From positions 1 to 64,000 of the forward strand of contig JBBRRY010000013.1 of assembly GCA_038245905.1 (NCBI GenBank): a stretch of DNA of 64,000 bases. Reading direction: 5' to 3'. Positions within the stretch are counted from its first letter, which is position 1; the number at the start of each line of letters is the position of its first letter. This stretch comes from Thermoanaerobaculia bacterium (GTDB lineage: Bacteria > Acidobacteriota > Thermoanaerobaculia > UBA5066). The notes below the pieces were generated by a model that saw only the letters and a list, made by a program, of their open reading frames with translations, made no database searches and was not told where the DNA came from. A program made the position numbers and the translations under genes. This document shows positions 58,457 to 64,000 of this stretch, piece by piece.

Positions 58457-59403
58457 GCCGCGTCCTCTTCGCGGAAGCGGCGCCCGGTCTTCGCGATGAA
58501 GACGTCCTCGAGCGAGGGCGCGCCGAGCGTCACGGACTTGAACGCGCCCGGGAACGCTTCGACGAGGCGCGGGACGAACGTGTGCGCGGCCGGCCGCTCG
58601 ACTCTCACAGTGGGCCCGACCACCGTGATCCGCCCTGCCTCGGCGCCGAAACGGCTTCCGATCGCGACCGCGAGGGCGGGCGCGCCGGTCTCGTCCTTCG
58701 CCTCCACCGTCACGACGTCGCCGCCCACGGTCGCCTTCAGCGCGGCGGGCGTGTCGAGCGCGAGGAGCCGCCCGCGGTCGAGGATTCCGATGCGGTGCGC
58801 GGCCTCGGCCTCCTCGAAGAGGTGGGTCGTCAGGAGCACCGCCGTGCCCCCGCGGGCCAGAGAGCCGAGCAGCCCGACGAGATCGCGCCGCGCGCCCGGG
58901 TCGAGGCCCGTCGACGGCTCGTCGAGGAGGAGCACGGGCGGAGCGTGGAGGAGCGCCTTGGCGATCTCGACGCGGCGCGCGAGGCCGCCTGAGAGAGTCT
59001 CGACGAGATCGCCGGCGCGATCCTCGAGGCCGAAGGTCGCGAGAAGCTCGCCGATCTTCGTCCGAAGGGGCGGGCCCGAAAGAGAGTAGAGCGCTGCCTG
59101 CAAGGTGAGGTTCTCCTCGACGGTCAGCTTCTTGTCGAGGCTGGGCGCCTGAAAGACGACGCCGAGGTGCCGGCGCACGTCGCGGCCGGCCGACGCGGGA
59201 TCGAGCCCGTCGATCGAAAAGCTCCCGGCGCCGGGCGGCAGCAGCGTCGCGAGGATCCGGAACAGCGTGGTCTTGCCGCCGCCGTTCGGGCCGAGGAGCG
59301 CGAAGATTTCGCCGCGCGCGACGGAGAACGTGACGTCGGCGAGCGCGGCGCGCGCCCCGAAAGAGCGGGAGAGGGAGCGGGCTTCGACGGCGGGAGGCGT
59401 CAC
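58453..59403 (-). CDS. ABC transporter ATP-binding protein
   Basis: GPNGGGKTT, LSGG, LLLDEP, TTH. Confidence 0.95.
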   Translation of the reverse strand: MTPPAVEARSLSRSFGARAALADVTFSVARGEIFALLGPNGGGKTTLFRILATLLPPGAGSFSIDGLDPASAGRDVRRHLGVVFQAPSLDKKLTVEENLTLQAALYSLSGPPLRTKIGELLATFGLEDRAGDLVETLSGGLARRVEIAKALLHAPPVLLLDEPSTGLDPGARRDLVGLLGSLARGGTAVLLTTHLFEEAEAAHRIGILDRGRLLALDTPAALKATVGGDVVTVEAKDETGAPALAVAIGSRFGAEAGRITVVGPTVRVERPAAHTFVPRLVEAFPGAFKSVTLGAPSLEDVFIAKTGRRFREEDAA

Positions 59404-59428
59404 GTGCGGCTGCAGGCTTCGGAACGCG

Positions 59429-60310
59429 TCAGACGCGGTCGAGGACGAGGAGGACGAGGATCGCCGGCAGCCATCCGATCGACGCCAGGAAGAGCGAGCG
59501 CGCGTGGCCGTCCGAGATGTCCCTTGCGAACCTCAGCGAGGACGCCAGGAACAGGAGGGTCATCACGAACGCCCCAAAGGCGTACGCGAACCCCGCCGTG
59601 CCGACGAGAGACGGCAGGAGGCTGACGGGCAGGAGGATGGCCGTCCAGAGGAGGGTCTGGCGGGCGGTGCTGCGCCCGGTCGGGTCGACGACGGGCAGGA
59701 TGACGACGCCCGCCTTCGCGTAGTCGACACGGTGGCGCCACCCGATCGCGAAGAAGTGCGGCAGCTGCCAGACGAACAGGATCGCGAAGAGCGCGAGCCC
59801 GGGCAGGCCGAGTGCGCCCGCCGCGGCCGTGTACCCGCCGAGCGGCGGCAGCGCGCCGGGGATCGCGCCGACGATGGTCGAGGCCGGCGAGCGCGTCTTC
59901 ATCGGGGTGTACATGCAGACGTACGAGACGAGCGTGAACGCGGCGAGCGCGGTCGTGATCCCGTTCGTGAAAAGGAGGAGCTCGACGAGGCCGACGACTG
60001 AGAGCGCGCCGGCGAAGAGCGCCGCGCCCGCCATCGGGAGGCGACCCGACGGGAGCGGACGGGCGGCGGTCCGCTCCATCCGGCCGTCGAGATCCTTCTC
60101 CCAGACCTGGTTGAAGGCGCTCGTCCCGGATGCGACGAACGCCGTCCCGGCGAGGGTGTGGAGGAGCAGCGCGGCGTCCATGCCCGAGAGCGGCCCCTTC
60201 GTGCCCGCCACGAAGCCCACGAAGGCCGTCATGACGACGAACAGCGTGATGCGCGGCTTCGTGAGCGCGACATACGACGACAGGGCGGACGGGTTGCGAC
60301 GGAGGCTCAT
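59429..60310 (-). CDS. ctaB: Protoheme IX farnesyltransferase (heme o synthase)
   Basis: LTKPRI, NQVWEKDLDGRMERTAARPLPSG, GAIPGALPPL, WQLPHF, DYAKAG. Confidence 0.96.
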   Translation of the reverse strand: MSLRRNPSALSSYVALTKPRITLFVVMTAFVGFVAGTKGPLSGMDAALLLHTLAGTAFVASGTSAFNQVWEKDLDGRMERTAARPLPSGRLPMAGAALFAGALSVVGLVELLLFTNGITTALAAFTLVSYVCMYTPMKTRSPASTIVGAIPGALPPLGGYTAAAGALGLPGLALFAILFVWQLPHFFAIGWRHRVDYAKAGVVILPVVDPTGRSTARQTLLWTAILLPVSLLPSLVGTAGFAYAFGAFVMTLLFLASSLRFARDISDGHARSLFLASIGWLPAILVLLVLDRV

Positions 60311-61263
60311 GCGCGACGGGCGGAGCTTAGCGCGTTCCCGGGGTTCCGGCAGGCACCGAGGCAGACGAGCGCGAGGACCCCCGTCACCCAGCACAGGGCT
60401 CCGGTGGCGAGGTGGGCGGTCGTGAGGGACGGGGCCTTCCGCGACCAGACGGAGAGCGCGCCCAGGAGCACTTGAATCGTGACGAGGCCGGCCCAAAAGG
60501 AAGCGGCGATCCCGAAGAGGGGCCGCGAAGGGGAGATCTTTGAAAGGGCGCCTGCGGCGCGAAAGACGAGCAGGACGACGACGACGGCTCCGAGCCGGTG
60601 GGCGATGTGAATCGGCACGCCGGAAAGAGCCAGATCGGCGGCGGAGGGAAAGAACCCTCCAAAGGAAGTCGGGAAATCCGGGATCGCGAGGCCCGCGCCC
60701 GTGTGCCGCATGACAGCACCGAGAACGATCTGGATGTAGATCGCGGCGGTGGCGGCGAGCGTCCACCGGAACGCGCGCATCGCCTCTTCACCCTTCAAAG
60801 AAATCCGAAGATTTTCTTCGACCAACTCCCTCCATGTCTTCGAGCACATGAGTGCGACGGCCGCGGTGAGGGCGAAGACGATCTCGGCGAGGGCGGCGTG
60901 CGCGGAGGAGATGGCTGGCGGAAGGAGAAGCAGCACGGTCAGCCCGCCCAGAACCGCCTGAAGCAGGATCGCCACGAAGGCGGCCGCAGCGAGCCGCTTG
61001 ACCGTCTTTCTTCCTTCTAAGAAAAAAAGAATTGCGCCCAGCTCCAGGCCCACCAATGTGGAAACGCCGGCGGCGATGAGGCGGTGCCCGTGCTCATACA
61101 GGATGCCCCCCACCATGGGAGGCATGACCTTCCCGTAGGAGAGAGGCCAGTCCGGAACGGCGAGGCCCGACTCCGTGGACGTGACGAGTGCGCCCGCGAC
61201 GAGAAGCAGGAAGACGCAGACGGCGACCGTCCGCGTTCCGACCCTCAGGAAGGCTTCACGCAC
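60307..61263 (-). CDS. ctaA: Heme A synthase (COX15/CtaA)
   Basis: GLAVPDWP, EHGHR, QAVLGGLTV, HAALA, GAVMRH, HIAHR, TAHLATG. Confidence 0.92.
   Translation of the reverse strand: MREAFLRVGTRTVAVCVFLLLVAGALVTSTESGLAVPDWPLSYGKVMPPMVGGILYEHGHRLIAAGVSTLVGLELGAILFFLEGRKTVKRLAAAAFVAILLQAVLGGLTVLLLLPPAISSAHAALAEIVFALTAAVALMCSKTWRELVEENLRISLKGEEAMRAFRWTLAATAAIYIQIVLGAVMRHTGAGLAIPDFPTSFGGFFPSAADLALSGVPIHIAHRLGAVVVVLLVFRAAGALSKISPSRPLFGIAASFWAGLVTIQVLLGALSVWSRKAPSLTTAHLATGALCWVTGVLALVCLGACRNPGNALSSARRA
60783..61030. repeat. Cluster of dispersed AT-rich motif copies inside ctaA
   Basis: GGATTTCTTTGAAGGGTGAAGAGG (-, 60783-60806); GAAGATTTTCTTCGA (+, 60807-60821); TTTTTTTCTTAGAAGGAAGAAAG (-, 61006-61028). 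Confidence 0.6.
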
Positions 61264-62101
61264 CGGCCTTGAACGTGAACGCGGCCGGCTTCGATTCCTG
61301 CGCGCCCACCGTGACCTGCTGGGTCTGCGTGCCGAACTTCTCGTGCCACGCCTCGATCGTATAGGTGCCGGCGGGGAGGTCCTTGATCGTGTACGTGCCG
61401 TCCGCCGCCGTGACGGCGAAGAAGGGATGAGAGAGGACGCCGCAGTACGCCGACATCCATCCGTGCACGTCGCACTTGATCCGGATCATGACCTCGGGCT
61501 TGTCGAACTTCTTCGTGTACTTCATGCCCTTGACCGGCATTCCGAGGTTGAAGGCCTCGTTCTTCTCGGGGAGCGAGTGAATGTTGTGGAGCGTGTCGTC
61601 GCTGTTCAGGATCTCGAGGTTCTGTCCCGCAACCATGCCGAAGACGTGAGGGTGGTATGTGCAGCCCCTCTGGTCGATCGTGGCAGGTGCGGCGGGAGCG
61701 GGATAGGTCCCGTTGATTCCGGATTTCACGTAGACGAAGACATTCGCGAGGCCCTTGTCATTCCCGATGATGATGTCCTCACGGCTCACGTCTCCCGGAT
61801 GCAATTTGGCGCAGAAGGCGTCGGCCGACATCTTGAACTTGTCGGCGGCCGGCACGGCCCCCTCGAACACGATCTTGCCGGTGATGGAAGCCGCGCCCGT
61901 CGCCCCGGCGGCGGGACTGGCGACGGAGGAGGCCGCGGGAGCGGACGTCGCGCCGTCGTCTTTCGCCGCGCCCGCGGCACGGGACGACTTGGGCCGGTCC
62001 TCGTCGTCGTCCTTGCCTCCGCAGCCGGTCAGGAGTGCGGTGCCCAGGAGAACAGCGGCCGAGAGGGCGGCAAAACGAATTCGAATGGCGGGACCGGTCA
62101 T
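61256..62101 (-). CDS. Lipoprotein with cupredoxin-like / carboxypeptidase-regulatory-like domain (putative type-1 Cu site)
   Basis: Lipobox LTGC; DQRGCTYHPH, LHNIH, KCDVHGWM, GTYTIEAWHE; GGAGG before ATG 62101. Confidence 0.85.
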   Translation of the reverse strand: MTGPAIRIRFAALSAAVLLGTALLTGCGGKDDDEDRPKSSRAAGAAKDDGATSAPAASSVASPAAGATGAASITGKIVFEGAVPAADKFKMSADAFCAKLHPGDVSREDIIIGNDKGLANVFVYVKSGINGTYPAPAAPATIDQRGCTYHPHVFGMVAGQNLEILNSDDTLHNIHSLPEKNEAFNLGMPVKGMKYTKKFDKPEVMIRIKCDVHGWMSAYCGVLSHPFFAVTAADGTYTIKDLPAGTYTIEAWHEKFGTQTQQVTVGAQESKPAAFTFKAGA

Positions 62102-62176
62102 GCGAGCCTCCTCGGCGGCGTTTTCCTTATCATGTCCCCCCGGAACGAGGGGAGCGTGATGATAGACAAACGTCCC

Positions 62177-63283
62177 ATGCGCGTCGAATCCGCGGTGCTC
62201 CGCCACGTGGAGATGCCGCTCAAGTTCCGCTTCCGCACGTCGTTCGGCGAGACGGGCGTCAAGAAGTTCCTCCTCCTCGAACTCCGCGGCGAGGGCCTTT
62301 CCGGATGGGGCGAGTGCGTGGCCGAGGAAGGGCCGTTCTATTCGCCCGAGACGACCTCCACGGCGTCTTCCATCCTCACGGCGTACCTCTTGCCTCTCGT
62401 CCTCGGCAAGGTCGTCGCGTCTCCGGCCGCGTTCGACGAGGCCGCGAGGCGTGTGCGCGGAAACAGGATGGCGAAGGCCGCCGTGGAATGTGCGCTCCAG
62501 GACATGTTCGCGCGCGCCGCGAGCGTTCCGCTCGGGCGTTCTCTCGGGGGAACGCGCGACGCCATCGAGGTCGGCGTCTCGCTCGGAATCTCCCCGACGC
62601 CCGCCGAGACCGTCGAGAACGTGCGGAAACACGTGGCCGAGGGCTACAAGCGGATCAAGCTCAAGATCGAGCCGGGCAAGGACGCCGACCGCCTCGCGGC
62701 CGTCCGCGAGGCCTTTCCGGACATCACGCTCACGGTGGACGCGAATGCGGCCTACACGCTGGCCGACGCGGACCTACTGCGCTCTCTCGACGCGTTCCGG
62801 CTCGACTACATGGAGCAGCCGCTGCATCACGAGGACGTCGTCGCCCATGCCGAGCTCGCGAAGACGCTCCAGACGCCGATCTGCCTCGACGAGTCGATCC
62901 GCTCGGCGGCGGACGCGGAGGCCGCGATCCATCTTGGCGCCTGCAGGGTCATCAACATCAAGATCGGCCGCGTCGGCGGCCACGCGGAGGCTGTGCGCAT
63001 TCACGACGTCGCGCGCGCCGCGGGCGTCCCCGTGTGGTGCGGCGGCATGCTGGAGGCGGGCATCGGGCGCGCGCACAACGTCGCGATCGCGAGCCTGCCG
63101 GGCTTCTCGAAGCCGGGGGACACGTCCTCTTCGTCGCGTTACTTCGAGGAGGACATCGTCGAGCCCGCGCTCGAGGCGAAGGAAGGGCTCATGCCCGTGC
63201 CGGCGGGTCCTGGTACCGGGGTCACGATCCGCCCTGACGTCCTCGGACGCGTTACGACTTCCATCCAGGAGCTTCGCGCGTGA
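62177..63283 (+). CDS. menC: o-succinylbenzoate synthase / N-succinylamino acid racemase (enolase superfamily, NSAR/OSBS subfamily)
   Basis: FRTSFG, GYKRIKLKI, VDAN, MEQP, LDES, INIK, WCGGMLE. Confidence 0.9.
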   Translation: MRVESAVLRHVEMPLKFRFRTSFGETGVKKFLLLELRGEGLSGWGECVAEEGPFYSPETTSTASSILTAYLLPLVLGKVVASPAAFDEAARRVRGNRMAKAAVECALQDMFARAASVPLGRSLGGTRDAIEVGVSLGISPTPAETVENVRKHVAEGYKRIKLKIEPGKDADRLAAVREAFPDITLTVDANAAYTLADADLLRSLDAFRLDYMEQPLHHEDVVAHAELAKTLQTPICLDESIRSAADAEAAIHLGACRVINIKIGRVGGHAEAVRIHDVARAAGVPVWCGGMLEAGIGRAHNVAIASLPGFSKPGDTSSSSRYFEEDIVEPALEAKEGLMPVPAGPGTGVTIRPDVLGRVTTSIQELRA

Positions 63284-64000
63284 GTGCGCGTGTCGGCGAG
63301 CTTGCCGCGCTGTTCGAAGCGCGGAGGGGCTCGATGCTCCAGGATCTCGAGTCTCTCGTCATCCGCGAGAGCCCGTCGAGCGAGTCTTCCCTCGTCAGCG
63401 AGGTCGCGAGCTGGATTGCGGCGCGGCTCGGGAAATCGGGGATCACGGCCTCGTGCGTGCCCTGCGCGGGCCGGGGCGACGCCCTCCGCGTGCGGCTCGG
63501 CCCCGAGCGTGGGGGCGCGCTCCTGCTCGGCCACATCGACACGGTTTGGCCCTCCGGGACGCTGACGGAGATCCCGTTCCGGGTCGAGGAAGGCGTCGCC
63601 CGGGGGCCGGGCGTCTTCGATATGAAGGGCGGCGTGACGGTGGCGATCGCCGTCCTCGAGGCCCTCGCGCGCGGCGACGTGAAGGCCGCCGGGGGGGTGA
63701 CCCTCTTCCTGACACCCGACGAAGAGGTCGGGAGCCACGCCTCCCGGGATCTCCTCGTCTCCGAGGCCTTGAAGCGGGATCGCGTGTTCGTTCTCGAGCC
63801 GTCCGGCGACGGTGGAGCCGCGAAGATCGCGCGCAAAGGGACCGGTCTCGTAACGGCGCGCTTCAGGGGCGTGGCCGCTCACGCGGGCCTCGAGCCGGAG
63901 AAAGGGGCTTCCGCTCTCCTCGAGATGTCGCGCTTCGCGCTTTTCGCCGACGCGCTCGCGGATCTTCCCTCGGGCACCTCGGTCGTCCCGACCGTCGCGG
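63280..64000 (+). CDS. M20 family metallopeptidase (glutamate carboxypeptidase-like), truncated by the window end
   Basis: Manual translation from GTG 63280: ESPS, LLLGHIDTVW, GPGVFDMKGG, PDEEVGS, VLEP, GVAAHAG. Confidence 0.92.
   Translation, partial: MSARVGELAALFEARRGSMLQDLESLVIRESPSSESSLVSEVASWIAARLGKSGITASCVPCAGRGDALRVRLGPERGGALLLGHIDTVWPSGTLTEIPFRVEEGVARGPGVFDMKGGVTVAIAVLEALARGDVKAAGGVTLFLTPDEEVGSHASRDLLVSEALKRDRVFVLEPSGDGGAAKIARKGTGLVTARFRGVAAHAGLEPEKGASALLEMSRFALFADALADLPSGTSVVPTVA

Noticed and set aside
1-64000. CRISPR array, tRNA, rRNA, transposase or integrase
   Set aside because: No regularly spaced repeats, no RNA-gene signature and no mobile-element ORF seen; intergenic gaps are mostly under 160 bp. 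The dispersed AT-rich motif is irregular and degenerate, so it is not CRISPR.

Overview
High-GC bacterial chromosomal window that is almost entirely protein-coding. Gene content and style suggest Acidobacteriota (Thermoanaerobaculia-like), which is an inference. No rRNA, tRNA, CRISPR array or recognisable transposase was seen. Main blocks, left to right: (1) a respiratory cluster of polyferredoxin, HEAT protein, Rieske, split cytochrome b (b6 plus subunit IV), a 1041-aa octaheme cytochrome c and a putative type-1 copper protein; (2) hflX and a GT-C glycosyltransferase; (3) a tal-tkt-zwf-pgl-glk-fbp sugar-phosphate operon; (4) an ArcE/cDPGS-like P-loop protein; (5) an oxidative-stress divergon (ahpC-trxB versus rubrerythrin, Fe-S oxidoreductase and DUF3501) with two PerR/Fur-like boxes; (6) lemA-TPM-TPM; (7) rplU-rpmA-obgE-nadD-rsfS-(sigma54 activator)-rlmH-dksA-holA; (8) a duplicated CPBP protease and a SNF2/SWIM pair; (9) slt-hit-murA-prmC; (10) a heme A assembly operon (cupredoxin lipoprotein-ctaA-ctaB-ABC-ABC-DUF420 fusion); (11) menC/NSAR plus an M20 peptidase. 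The most striking signal not explained by the genes is a recurring AT-rich polar DNA motif, roughly GAAGATTTTCTTNGAADGG followed by a purine tail. About 12 copies lie on both strands, inside genes in different frames and in intergenic gaps. Many apparently leaderless genes and symmetric bidirectional -10 elements are also visible.
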